From an uncultured Desulfospira sp. (lineage in GTDB: Bacteria > Desulfobacterota > Desulfobacteria > Desulfobacterales > Desulfobacteraceae), in NCBI GenBank assembly GCA_963663165.1, contig OY760175.1, forward strand, positions 3,744,001-3,808,000: a stretch of DNA of 64,000 bases. The letters run 5' to 3'. The stretch's first letter is position 1, and each line of letters begins with the position of its first letter. The position numbers were made by a program, and so were the translations under genes. Of the stretch, positions 29,587 to 38,827 are shown in pieces. The notes under the pieces were generated by a model. The model did not search any database and was not told where the DNA came from. It saw nothing but the letters and a program-made list of their open reading frames with translations.

Positions 29587-30357
29587 TCAGGATTTTTTGC
29601 CCAGATTTTTCAATGTTTTTTTAATATAGGCCATGCCTTTACTGAAAAGGCGTTCCGCCCTTTCGTCGGGCGTACCAATTTCCTCGTCCTGGAGTGTCTC
29701 ACTGCACCAGGGATACAGCGGGTCTTTTGCAAATCCCTCTCCGAGCATAAACATAAAAAAAATCATGCACAAAATTCCGGGATCACCATTGATTAACTGG
29801 GTTTCAGCCTGCGCCCGGCCCCGTTGGACAAGTTCAATCAGGGCCTGGTTTCCGGCATAGTTACATTTTTCAGGAAAGATAAGCTTTAACCGGGGCAGGA
29901 TATCCGCTTCAAGGTCACCCGTGCTTTCACAGGCCTTTTCAAATTTTTCACGGCCGGCGCGTTCAAGGCTGGTAACGGCATACTCCCGGTTGGGTCCGCC
30001 AACCGTATCCAGATACGCCATGGCTTTTTCAAAAAGTGCATCGGCCCGTTCCTCCTGGTCCTCCATAGCCGGATCAGTGAGAATCTGCCCGGCCCAGGGC
30101 AACTGGCAGTCCATATCAAAATAACTGCCCAGCATAAACATCATTTCAATATAAAACTGCACCGGTCCATGGGTGGTGAGCCCATAGGTTTCAGCCCGCA
30201 GGACACCAAGCTGAACCACTTTACGGACGCCTTCTTTACCTAAGGCCTGGCTGTGGTGCGGTGCAAAGTCCAGGAGGTGTTCAATCATCCGGTCTTCAAA
30301 ATTCTTCAACACCGCCTGCCGAAGGACTTCTACCTGTTGGTTACGAATTTGCAGCAT
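29587..30357 (-). CDS. Hypothetical protein with internal duplication, effector-chaperone-like
   Basis: Two repeats MF.LG..F..D...PW....L.D......ERA..LF.K.MAY. Confidence 0.6.
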   Translation of the reverse strand: MLQIRNQQVEVLRQAVLKNFEDRMIEHLLDFAPHHSQALGKEGVRKVVQLGVLRAETYGLTTHGPVQFYIEMMFMLGSYFDMDCQLPWAGQILTDPAMEDQEERADALFEKAMAYLDTVGGPNREYAVTSLERAGREKFEKACESTGDLEADILPRLKLIFPEKCNYAGNQALIELVQRGRAQAETQLINGDPGILCMIFFMFMLGEGFAKDPLYPWCSETLQDEEIGTPDERAERLFSKGMAYIKKTLKNLGKKS

Positions 30358-30670
30358 GGCTTTCCCCTATGTCGGAAATTTAAATATTCAAGAATCGATT
30401 CTGTTCCGTTTTGTACTATTAAATTTTTTCATTTTGCAATGATTTTATAAAATTTACGGTCCTTAGTGGGTTATGGTTTGATTTACTTTCCCTATCAGGG
30501 TACTATTTATTCCGGCGAGGCCTGATGGTGTCCTTTAAGATTTCACCAAGTCTTTTGTCAGCAACGCACACCGGGAACAGCAGTCCTGCCAAGTTATTCA
30601 ATATTTCAATTGATTACATAAAATATGAGTCGGCCCAACAAGCCGATCCTTTCAGGAGGCTGACCAAGCC

Positions 30671-32860
30671 ATGTCAATGTCCGGTACAAAAAAGCCGAAA
30701 AAGCCAAGCGAACCGCCCAGAGCAACTGAAACAGCGCCGGTCACAGCGCCTGTTACGACGCCTGTTTCCGCTACAACCACAACTTGTCCTATAATCAAAT
30801 ATGAACTGGTTGATTTTATTGAAATGGTCACCCGGGACGAAGAACATTGGGTAGAGGGTGCATTGCCGGAGCCCAAAGACAAGTCGGTGATTACAAAAGG
30901 GGTGACACGGACAGATAAAGATGATTCCGGTAACTTCAAACAGTACATTAATGTGGGAAGGGATATCGAAGGCAGCGACAGCCGGCATCCGGAATATGGG
31001 CGGAAAATCACCTTCAAGGTCAGGGTCAAAAGAAGTGACGGTAAGACGGAACAGCTCAGCGGGGTAAAAGTGGTGTTTAACAGCAGCTGCGAAAAAGCCG
31101 CCACCCGGAAAACGCCCGATGCCAACATATGGCAGGACGCTGAACTGACCGGCAACCAAAAATCCGGCTTCAGCAGCCAAGGCGGTGCAGACACCCTGAC
31201 CGTTTCCACAGATAACAAAGGCTGGACCCCGGCGGTAACATTTTATCTCTCCCAGTACGGCGGGGACATATTTGGCTTCACGGCCGAGTTGGATAAATCG
31301 GTTAAAACAGCAAGAAAAAGGCCGCCCAGGCGGGCCAAAAAATATATTGTCTGGCGCAAATTCTGGTATCAGTTGACCTATGGGAATTATAAATACAACG
31401 GGACTAATGATTACGAACCGCCTTCCCTGCAGCAGGCCAAAGATGCCTACAAAGAAGTGTTCGCCGAAATGGTTGAAGCCGCCGCTGCAGCCCCCCAGAA
31501 AAATGTGTTTGAAAAAGATGATCTGCCCGAAGATTTAAGAAAAAGGACCTTTCTTGAAGAGTACCAGGTCAAGCAGGGAGGCAGTACAAACGAAGTAGCC
31601 GTAATCGGCGGCCACAATAAAACCAAATTCACAGAGGCCGGGATTTACAAGAAGGATAACCCCAAAGGGACCCAGCCAAAGGCCAACCTGATTGTCTGCC
31701 AATACCAATGTGATCCCCTTGGCAAGACAGCTTTGGGGACCTTTGATGTAAAACAAGACCGCCTGGTAACTTTAGCAAAAGGTGCCGGTTCCATTGTCTG
31801 CAAACCGCCCTTGAAACCAGGTGCCCAACTGGTTGTGACGGGCAGATGGTACAAGGCAGATGGACATCAGGGAGGAAATATTGTCGATGACTGCATTGAG
31901 GTCTACAAGGAAAGGCCCTCTACCCTTACAGTCAGAGTGGATCTGACAAAAGCCACAAAACTTGACCCCCTCCATGCCCCCCCTGTTCCCACGGATGCCC
32001 ATCCGGTAAAAATCAAGCTTAAGCTAAGATCAGCGGAAGATTACCTGGGCGAAAGTTTTGGTGACAGGCAGATCCTGTGCGTCTATCGACCCAGTGCAGC
32101 CAATAAGAAATCTGGATGTACGGAAGATTTCAACAACACGGTGGCCCATGAATTGGGCCATATGTTCAACCAGACGCCGAAACCGGCGGCCAAACCGCCT
32201 TCATTAAAAGACCACCCATTCCAGTACGTGGGCCACGGCGGCTCAGGCTCCCATTGCCGGAACAACGCCCAGGCAGGGGCCACCGGCGGCGTAGGCGTCT
32301 ACAGCCGGAATTTTAAATCCAAGATTACGTCAAAACATAACGGAACCACTTATCTATTGGCGGATACCAGCGGATTTATTAAAGGGCATGAGGTAAAGGT
32401 GAACGGCGTGATAAAGACCATAAAGACCGTGTATAATGATGGGCTGGAATTTGATGGGCCAAATTTTGACGCACCTGTAGACTCAGTCGTTGAACAAAAA
32501 TTTGATGAAGGTCTGGCAACAGGCAAGGCCCAGACAACCATCACCCATGCCGGTGCCAATACCAGTACACACCGGGTGGCCAATTCAAGGCACTTTGCCG
32601 TGGGCGAAACCGTTCAGATCGGGGCTGAAGAAAGGGTCATAGCGTCCAAGCCGAGCAATACCCAAATCAAATTCACCGCCCCCATCACAACCGCTGTTAA
32701 TGCAAAGGTGGTGTCCAAGACAGACTGGAACAATCCAAGGCAGAACTACCCAAGGCCACTAGACGGGGATTGTATTATGTACCACTCATTCAGCGAGAAA
32801 TGTTCAAACAAATTCTGCGACACCTGTAAACCATACCTGCAACTTCAGGAAATGACATAA
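30671..32860 (+). CDS. 729-aa putative zinc metallopeptidase (effector-like)
   Basis: VAHELGHMF (HExxH), GSHC, CIMYH...FCDTC; T/P-rich N-terminus ending TTTCP; no signal peptide. Confidence 0.65.
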   Translation: MSMSGTKKPKKPSEPPRATETAPVTAPVTTPVSATTTTCPIIKYELVDFIEMVTRDEEHWVEGALPEPKDKSVITKGVTRTDKDDSGNFKQYINVGRDIEGSDSRHPEYGRKITFKVRVKRSDGKTEQLSGVKVVFNSSCEKAATRKTPDANIWQDAELTGNQKSGFSSQGGADTLTVSTDNKGWTPAVTFYLSQYGGDIFGFTAELDKSVKTARKRPPRRAKKYIVWRKFWYQLTYGNYKYNGTNDYEPPSLQQAKDAYKEVFAEMVEAAAAAPQKNVFEKDDLPEDLRKRTFLEEYQVKQGGSTNEVAVIGGHNKTKFTEAGIYKKDNPKGTQPKANLIVCQYQCDPLGKTALGTFDVKQDRLVTLAKGAGSIVCKPPLKPGAQLVVTGRWYKADGHQGGNIVDDCIEVYKERPSTLTVRVDLTKATKLDPLHAPPVPTDAHPVKIKLKLRSAEDYLGESFGDRQILCVYRPSAANKKSGCTEDFNNTVAHELGHMFNQTPKPAAKPPSLKDHPFQYVGHGGSGSHCRNNAQAGATGGVGVYSRNFKSKITSKHNGTTYLLADTSGFIKGHEVKVNGVIKTIKTVYNDGLEFDGPNFDAPVDSVVEQKFDEGLATGKAQTTITHAGANTSTHRVANSRHFAVGETVQIGAEERVIASKPSNTQIKFTAPITTAVNAKVVSKTDWNNPRQNYPRPLDGDCIMYHSFSEKCSNKFCDTCKPYLQLQEMT

Positions 32861-32939
32861 AAGCCCCCTGTAATTCATGGTGCCCGGTTAAAACCGGATA
32901 AAGATAAAACAAAACCCCAAAACAGAACAAGGACAATAT

Positions 32940-33968
32940 ATGGCCACTGCAAATGATATCATTGAAAAAATATTGGGCTTTGAAGAAAAGGATTTCTACG
33001 AGGATGACCCGCCGGGTATGGAAATGCGCGAAGAGCAGCTGCTTGACCTGGATTTTTTCGGGGTAGCGGTCAATGCCCCGTCCCGGATCGAGACCCTGGA
33101 AAAGGGAGACCTGCCCCTGATCTTGGCCGCCCGCTATAGCGGTGACCGGGACTGGGAGACACCCCTTGACCGCAATTGTATCCTGTTTGGCACCAACATG
33201 CACGACGGCACGGTAGCGTTTGCCAAGGCCTTTGTCGATGAAAAAGCGCTTCAAGACCGCGGCATAAAAGAGATCGGCCCCAAAGGGCCAAAACCGCCGG
33301 GCCTGGCCACGGCAGCCGTCCAGCTGACCCGGCTGGCCCCCAAGGACCGTCTTGGCATTGCCTGGGACACCGGGATCTGGGCTCTGGGCGTTATCAACTA
33401 CGACTGGCCTTCCAATACCGTGACCGTGGAACTTGCGGGAGAGGGGGAGCCAAAACCGATATTTGCCAAACCCGTTTCCCCGGAACCTGATCCAAGAGGA
33501 GAAGACCATTTCCCCTGCTACCTGCCGGTTTCCGACACCCCAAAACCGCCGGAGTCCGGCCTGTCGGTTGCGGTTGAATTTTACGAACGGGAGGGGCGCC
33601 AGCATCTGGACCTGACAGGGGCTTTTGGGGTAACCATCCGAGAGCTTCACCTGCCTGAAATTCCGATTGAACAACCCTATGCCAAGGGGGGGGAAAAAAC
33701 CGTGGCCGCGGTGGTTCCTTTGACCCTGGCTGTTTTGGGAGCCAACTGGGATGAGCCCCTGCAATTTAACTGGGCTGTCCCTGTTTACGGCAGTTCCCTT
33801 GAGGTTGGAAAACAGGCTTCAGGGTACTTTGCCCTGAATGCCCTGGCCGGGGCCCGACCCCTTAATCCGGGAAAACACCTTTGCTACCTTTTCCTGGACG
33901 GCGGGATATACGGCCCTTATGGCTTCACTGTGCCGGAAATACCGAGTTTGCCAAAGGTAAACCGCTAA
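32940..33968 (+). CDS. Hypothetical acidic/Pro-rich protein (possible immunity or partner protein)
   Basis: 342-aa ORF with RBS directly downstream of peptidase. Confidence 0.6.
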   Translation: MATANDIIEKILGFEEKDFYEDDPPGMEMREEQLLDLDFFGVAVNAPSRIETLEKGDLPLILAARYSGDRDWETPLDRNCILFGTNMHDGTVAFAKAFVDEKALQDRGIKEIGPKGPKPPGLATAAVQLTRLAPKDRLGIAWDTGIWALGVINYDWPSNTVTVELAGEGEPKPIFAKPVSPEPDPRGEDHFPCYLPVSDTPKPPESGLSVAVEFYEREGRQHLDLTGAFGVTIRELHLPEIPIEQPYAKGGEKTVAAVVPLTLAVLGANWDEPLQFNWAVPVYGSSLEVGKQASGYFALNALAGARPLNPGKHLCYLFLDGGIYGPYGFTVPEIPSLPKVNR

Positions 33969-33993
33969 AAAATTAACCATAGGGGGGCCGGCA

Positions 33994-35484
33994 ATGGCCC
34001 GGACACGTCCGGTAAAAATCATTTTTTTGATCCTGGGTCTCATTCTCTGGTTTCCCGGGGAGGGGCATGTGAGCGGATCTTTCAGTACAACCTGGGGCGA
34101 CCGGTATTTCATTATTCATTTTGATAACCAGCGCCATAAAATCTACCGCCCGGAAACGGATGTGGACGGTTTGTACCGGCAGTTTCAAAAGAATTTTCTG
34201 TCAATGGTTGAGGAACAGTCCTCTAAAAGAGATAATCTGTTTGAACAGGCCGGTGCCAGAAAAATCCCCGTAACCGAGATCCGGCTTAAGTGGCCGGAAA
34301 TGGTGCTGCTCTCCCCCGATGACATTGAACTGATCAACCCGGCCTCTTATCCGCTGCTGTTGTGCCTGCCGGTCCAGCCGGATAACGGCAGGGGGCTGTA
34401 TCATTTTAAACTGGCATTGACCGGACCTGTCCCTGCCCGCGATCTGGAATGGCTCCACAAAGAGTTGACCCAAATGGTGTCGAAAAACGATTCCTGTCCG
34501 GACGATGATGAGATACCGCTAAACACCATTGACCTGGACGATTACCCCTATGTCAATGTGATACAAACCTATACCGGACATGCCCTTTACGCGGGCACGT
34601 TATTCCATGTGGCCCGGGACCAGACCGATTTTTTCCGGGACCAGCTCACGGCATGGATGGATCGCATCGGCCCTGAGCTGAATCGGGAAGTGAGCTGCCC
34701 CGCATTTGAAAAAGAGACCGGGGCCCACCTTATTTCGATGGACGCTGTATTTGGAAAAGACCAGGGCCTTTGTTCCGGAAACTTTAATCCCTGGGGGCCC
34801 ATTCAGGATGAAGCCCAGGGAATATCTTTTTTCCGGCCCCGGGCGCAAAGCCCCAATACCATTGTTACAGCCCTGTTTGCGGCAAAAACGGATCAATGGG
34901 GGGGACTTTCCGAACGGATCACAGGGCTTTTAGAAAAACTGACCCAGGCCAACCCGGAACAGTGGCGATCGGTCAGGACCGACCTTATGATCATGCAGCT
35001 GAACGGCAAGATTGAGGGATCACCCTACTATTTTGAGCCGGACGTTCTGGATAAAGGCCGGATGGAAAGCGCGTTGTCAACCCTGCTGAACAACAGCCAG
35101 AAAACCAAGGAAGCCCAACGGAACGCCATGGACCAGCTGGCTTATCTGGTGGACCAGAGAACAACCGGCCAGACCATCCAGGCCATTGTCCAATACTTTG
35201 CATCCCCCAAAAACGAATATTCAGACCTGGCCCAGGTCATCCAGGTGCTGGGAAAAATCCGTTCCACCCCGTCGGCCAGGGCCCTGATCGGCCTTTATCT
35301 CGACAGGCCCTTGTCCGACAGCGGGGATACTTACTTCCTGCGCCAGGATATCCTCACCGCCTTAAAATCCACCGGTCTTCCGGCCATAACGCTTATAGAA
35401 GAGGCCCTTGCCCGGGAAAGCATCCAGCAACAACCCTTGCGTGTTGAGGAGCTGACCGCCGTGCTTAAAGCCCTTACCCGTTAG
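33994..35484 (+). CDS. Exported hypothetical protein with C-terminal HEAT-like helices
   Basis: Hydrophobic N-terminus; IQVLGKI..., ILTALKSTGLPAI. Confidence 0.6.
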   Translation: MARTRPVKIIFLILGLILWFPGEGHVSGSFSTTWGDRYFIIHFDNQRHKIYRPETDVDGLYRQFQKNFLSMVEEQSSKRDNLFEQAGARKIPVTEIRLKWPEMVLLSPDDIELINPASYPLLLCLPVQPDNGRGLYHFKLALTGPVPARDLEWLHKELTQMVSKNDSCPDDDEIPLNTIDLDDYPYVNVIQTYTGHALYAGTLFHVARDQTDFFRDQLTAWMDRIGPELNREVSCPAFEKETGAHLISMDAVFGKDQGLCSGNFNPWGPIQDEAQGISFFRPRAQSPNTIVTALFAAKTDQWGGLSERITGLLEKLTQANPEQWRSVRTDLMIMQLNGKIEGSPYYFEPDVLDKGRMESALSTLLNNSQKTKEAQRNAMDQLAYLVDQRTTGQTIQAIVQYFASPKNEYSDLAQVIQVLGKIRSTPSARALIGLYLDRPLSDSGDTYFLRQDILTALKSTGLPAITLIEEALARESIQQQPLRVEELTAVLKALTR

Positions 35485-35485
35485 T

Positions 35486-37495
35486 TTACCCCGCCAGAAC
35501 ATGATCCACCATATCCTTTAATTCCCCGGCGGTCAGAATTTGGATGTTCCGTTTAAACACAGGGTTGATGGCGTCCAGGTCGGCCTTGTTTTTTTCCGGA
35601 AAAATCACGGTTTTAATCCCGGCCATTTTGGCGGCCAGCACTTTTTCCTTGATCCCGCCCACGGGCAGAATCCGGCCGCTTAAGGTCAACTCCCCGGTCA
35701 TGGCCGTATCCCTGCGGCAGGGGATCCCCTTTAGCAGGGACAACAATGCCATGGCAATGGTCAGGCCGGCTGACGGTCCGTCTTTGGGGATGGCCCCGGC
35801 CGGCACATGGATATGGATATCCTGCCCGCTGAAAAAATCTTCAAAAAGGCCAAAATCCGTTGTATGGCTTCTGATATAGCTCAAAGCCGCCTGGGCTGAC
35901 TCTTTCATGACATCTCCCAAAGAGCCGGTGAGAATCAGCTGGTTGGTTCCGGCCATTTTCGTGGTTTCAATAAAAATAATTTCGCCGCCGGTTTCGGTCC
36001 AGGCAAGCCCTGTGGCACACCCGATCCGGTCTTTTGCCCCGGCAATTTCGAAAAAGTAACGGCCTGCGCCCAACAGCTCTTCAACCATCTTCTCGGTAAT
36101 GGTGATCTCGGTGTCCGTGGACAGGACCTGCTTGATAATCTGCCGGGTGATTTTCCGGCACACGGCATATATTTTTCTTTCCAGTTCCCTTAAACCGGCC
36201 TCCCTTGTATGCTCGCGAATAATTTTTTTTAAGGCATCTTCCTCAAAAACAACCTGAAACGAACCTAAGCCGGAATCATCAATGGCCCTGGGAATCAAGT
36301 GCCTCTTGGCGATATTGACCTTTTCCCCTACGGTGTATCCGGACATATGAATTACTTCAAACCGGTCCAGCAAGGGCCTTGGGATCCGGGCCACGGTATT
36401 GGCCGTTGCAATAAACATGACCTTTGACAGGTCATAAGGAACATCCAGGTAGTGGTCCATAAACCCTGAATTCTGGTGGGGGTCCAGCACCTCAAGAAGG
36501 GCTGAGGCCGGATCTCCCTTAAAGTCCTGGCCGATTTTATCAATTTCATCGAGCATGAACACCGGATTGCCCGATTCTGCCCGCCGGATTTCCTGGATAA
36601 TCCGTCCCGAAAGGGCCCCCACATAGCTTCTCCTGTGCCCCCTGATATCGGCTTCATCCTTCATGCCGGCAAGAGAGATGCGGACAAACTTTCGCTTAAG
36701 GCTCCTTGCAATGGATTTGCCAAGAGAGGTTTTCCCGATGCCGGGAGGGCCGGTAAAGCAAAGGACCGGGCTTTTGGCATCCACCACCCCGGTTTTTTTA
36801 TCCAGGGCCAGCTTGACCGTCGAACGGACCTCGTCCAGTTTCAGGGGCTTGGCCAGAAAATGAAAAGACCCCCTTTTGATGGCGTCCACAGCCGTCAAGA
36901 CCGTTGCATAGCCGGTGATGATGATGACCTCGGTGGACGGGCTTAATTTTTTAACCCGGTCCAGCAGGGTCAGGCCGTCAATCTTATCCATTTTCAGGTC
37001 TGTGATCACCAGGTCAAAATGCTCTTTTTCAAGGAGATCTAAAGCCTCGCTGCCGCTGTCCGCACTGCTGACCTCATACCCTTCTTTTGACAGCACATGG
37101 GTCAGGTTCCGCCGGGTCATCTGCTCATCATCAACGATGAGAATATTGTTTTTGGCTGAGAGCTTCATCAACCGGACCGCCAGATGTTCCAGGATCCTTT
37201 CCTTGATTTCTTCAAGCCCGTAGTGATCTTTGTTGAGGACATCCTCTGCCCTGGCCATATCCAGATTATCTTCGGTATAGGCATTCCACGGCAGGGTGGT
37301 CAGATAATCAATATAGTTGATGCCAATGGTATACTCCGCCGATGAGGGACTGATTTTGGACAGCTTGTCCACTTCCTTGAGAACCAGCTTTTCCACAGCC
37401 TCAGGCATCTTTTTGTCCATGACATTCTGCCGGATTTCTTCAACTTCCGACGGTTCCGGTTCCTGGTCTGTATCTCGTTTGAAAATTCCCTTCAC
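35486..37495 (-). CDS. lon: Lon protease lacking the N-domain, with an inserted receiver (REC) domain
   Basis: DHYGLEEIKERILE-[ILIVDD...DLKM...ITGY...AKP]-GPPGIGKTS; LDEIDK; PKDGPSAG; GGIKEK. Confidence 0.92.
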   Translation of the reverse strand: MKGIFKRDTDQEPEPSEVEEIRQNVMDKKMPEAVEKLVLKEVDKLSKISPSSAEYTIGINYIDYLTTLPWNAYTEDNLDMARAEDVLNKDHYGLEEIKERILEHLAVRLMKLSAKNNILIVDDEQMTRRNLTHVLSKEGYEVSSADSGSEALDLLEKEHFDLVITDLKMDKIDGLTLLDRVKKLSPSTEVIIITGYATVLTAVDAIKRGSFHFLAKPLKLDEVRSTVKLALDKKTGVVDAKSPVLCFTGPPGIGKTSLGKSIARSLKRKFVRISLAGMKDEADIRGHRRSYVGALSGRIIQEIRRAESGNPVFMLDEIDKIGQDFKGDPASALLEVLDPHQNSGFMDHYLDVPYDLSKVMFIATANTVARIPRPLLDRFEVIHMSGYTVGEKVNIAKRHLIPRAIDDSGLGSFQVVFEEDALKKIIREHTREAGLRELERKIYAVCRKITRQIIKQVLSTDTEITITEKMVEELLGAGRYFFEIAGAKDRIGCATGLAWTETGGEIIFIETTKMAGTNQLILTGSLGDVMKESAQAALSYIRSHTTDFGLFEDFFSGQDIHIHVPAGAIPKDGPSAGLTIAMALLSLLKGIPCRRDTAMTGELTLSGRILPVGGIKEKVLAAKMAGIKTVIFPEKNKADLDAINPVFKRNIQILTAGELKDMVDHVLAG

Positions 37496-37517
37496 TTGGT
37501 ATCTTCCTTTGGATTTT

Positions 37518-37642
37518 AACTGTTAGCGGTTAGCCATTAGCTGTCAGCTGTTCTCAATATTCTGCTGTTACCAGCTTGAATCAAAGGTCTGCAATTAGTG
37601 TGCCCGGCAAGAAACAAGAAGCAAGAGACAGGAGACAAGAGA
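37518..37642. repeat. Two degenerate heptamer arrays (AGCTGTT-like and CAAGAGA-like)
   Basis: 37518-52 aactgtt agcggtt agccatt agctgtc agctgtt; 37608-42 caagaaa caagaag caagaga caggaga caagaga. Confidence 0.7.
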
Positions 37643-37947
37643 TGGGAAGGGAGAAAGACCGGCTGGTTGTGTTTTGGATTAAACCCCACATAAATCCCAT
37701 CAGCCATACCCGTTGCAAATACACGTAAAGGGACAGGCGGCTATTTCATTTTGCAACAGACTATTGTTAACTGCAATACACCGGTACCTGCCCAAATTTT
37801 AAGGGAAACTCAAGGTTCTGCAACACCCGTTACAATCTGCAACAAACCCAAGCGGCCCGTTTTCACCCCCCCATTCATCTGGACAAGAAAAAATATTTTG
37901 AATTCAGCGTGTTAGAGAGATATAAAGCCACTGGTATACATCTTGCT
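37590..37947. promoter_or_regulatory. Back-to-back sigma54 promoters with shared enhancer sites
   Basis: Minus GGCACACTAATTGCA (37590-604); plus TGGTATACATCTTGCT (37932-47); TATTTCATTTTGCAACA 37742-58; CGTTACAATCTGCAACA 37828-44. Confidence 0.75.
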
Positions 37948-37997
37948 CAAAGGTTGGAGAGAAAATAAAATCAACCTGAACCTTAAGGAGACTGATC

Positions 37998-38549
37998 ATG
38001 GCATTTTTTACCGCACTAAAAGACAAAGTAATCAGCTTGAACAAAAAAATGGACGACTGCCAGGAAGCCATCACCTTTTCCATGGCCGGCGTGGACCAGG
38101 ATACCGACCATATGCTTTCCTGCAAGGAAGACCAGGGGAGGAACCTGGTGGTGGCCACCCAGGAGAGCCGGTTTACGGAGGATATGATTACCTATGCCTT
38201 AGAAATGGCCCAGCGCATGGACTACAATATCATTGCGGTGAATGCGGCCAACCTCACCCATGAGGTCACAGAGTTCTTTTCCAGCACCCAGGAGAACCTT
38301 TATAAAGAATTTATCCAGACAGCCAATGAAAAAATCCTGGATTTTAAGGAAAGGGCTGAGGCTTTGGGAATTAAATTTGCACATTCCACCCATTTTTCGA
38401 ACACGGATCATGCCATTGACGAAATTTCCAAACAATGCGGCCAGGTGGAATTCATCATTACGGAAAACAGGGAAAAAGCCCCCCTGCGCAATGAAGTTGA
38501 AAATACCCAGCGCATTGCCCAGCGCCTGTGCGTCTACTCGGTCAACTAA
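37998..38549 (+). CDS. USP-like protein with EAITF motif
   Basis: RBS AAGGAG; LVVATQ...YALEMAQRM..IIAVN; USP-like fold. Confidence 0.7.
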   Translation: MAFFTALKDKVISLNKKMDDCQEAITFSMAGVDQDTDHMLSCKEDQGRNLVVATQESRFTEDMITYALEMAQRMDYNIIAVNAANLTHEVTEFFSSTQENLYKEFIQTANEKILDFKERAEALGIKFAHSTHFSNTDHAIDEISKQCGQVEFIITENREKAPLRNEVENTQRIAQRLCVYSVN

Positions 38550-38638
38550 CGGCCACGGGCCGTCTTGGTTATCCAACCAAGAACCGCCCACAACAAATAA
38601 TGAAAGTCTTCTCAGGAGGTTAGTGAGACTTTCATATA
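38550..38638 (+). mobile_element. 89-bp hairpin element flanked by AA/AA, directly after a stop codon
   Basis: Full-length match to 27188-27276 (reverse). Confidence 0.85.
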
Positions 38639-38665
38639 AAAAAAGCAAAAAGGCAAATATCCACC

Positions 38666-38700
38666 AGCTAATTGCTAAAAGCTAATAGCTAACAGCTAAT
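38666..38700. repeat. Heptamer array AGCTAAT x5 (degenerate)
   Basis: agctaat tgctaaa agctaat agctaac agctaat. Confidence 0.7.
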
Positions 38701-38718
38701 TAAAAAAGGAATTTCACC

Positions 38719-38805
38719 ATGAACGCCCATTTTTATTTCAGCCTTGCCATGATTCTGGTCATGGCGGTTCTGTGCTTTATTTACAGGAATGAAGACGAAA
38801 AGTAA
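38719..38805 (+). CDS. 28-aa single-TM small protein
   Basis: RBS AAAGGA; MNAHFYFSLAMILVMAVLCFIYRNEDEK*. Confidence 0.5.
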   Translation: MNAHFYFSLAMILVMAVLCFIYRNEDEK

Positions 38806-38827
38806 CTCATACGGAGACCCCTAACCA

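Noticed and set aside
32790..33764. Long antisense ORFs (also 41219-41863, 58626-59273, 30652-31218, 60433-61014)
   Set aside because: Shadows of better-supported genes on the opposite strand; no motifs.
38547..38640. 89-bp element as integron attC or CRISPR repeat
   Set aside because: No matching terminal GTTRRRY box, no integrase, no regular spacing, no cas genes.
2385..38685. ORFs sharing the peptide NGHGPSWLSNQEPPTT (2385-2786, 27045-27383, 38242-38685)
   Set aside because: Chance read-through of the 89-bp element; they overlap real genes out of frame.
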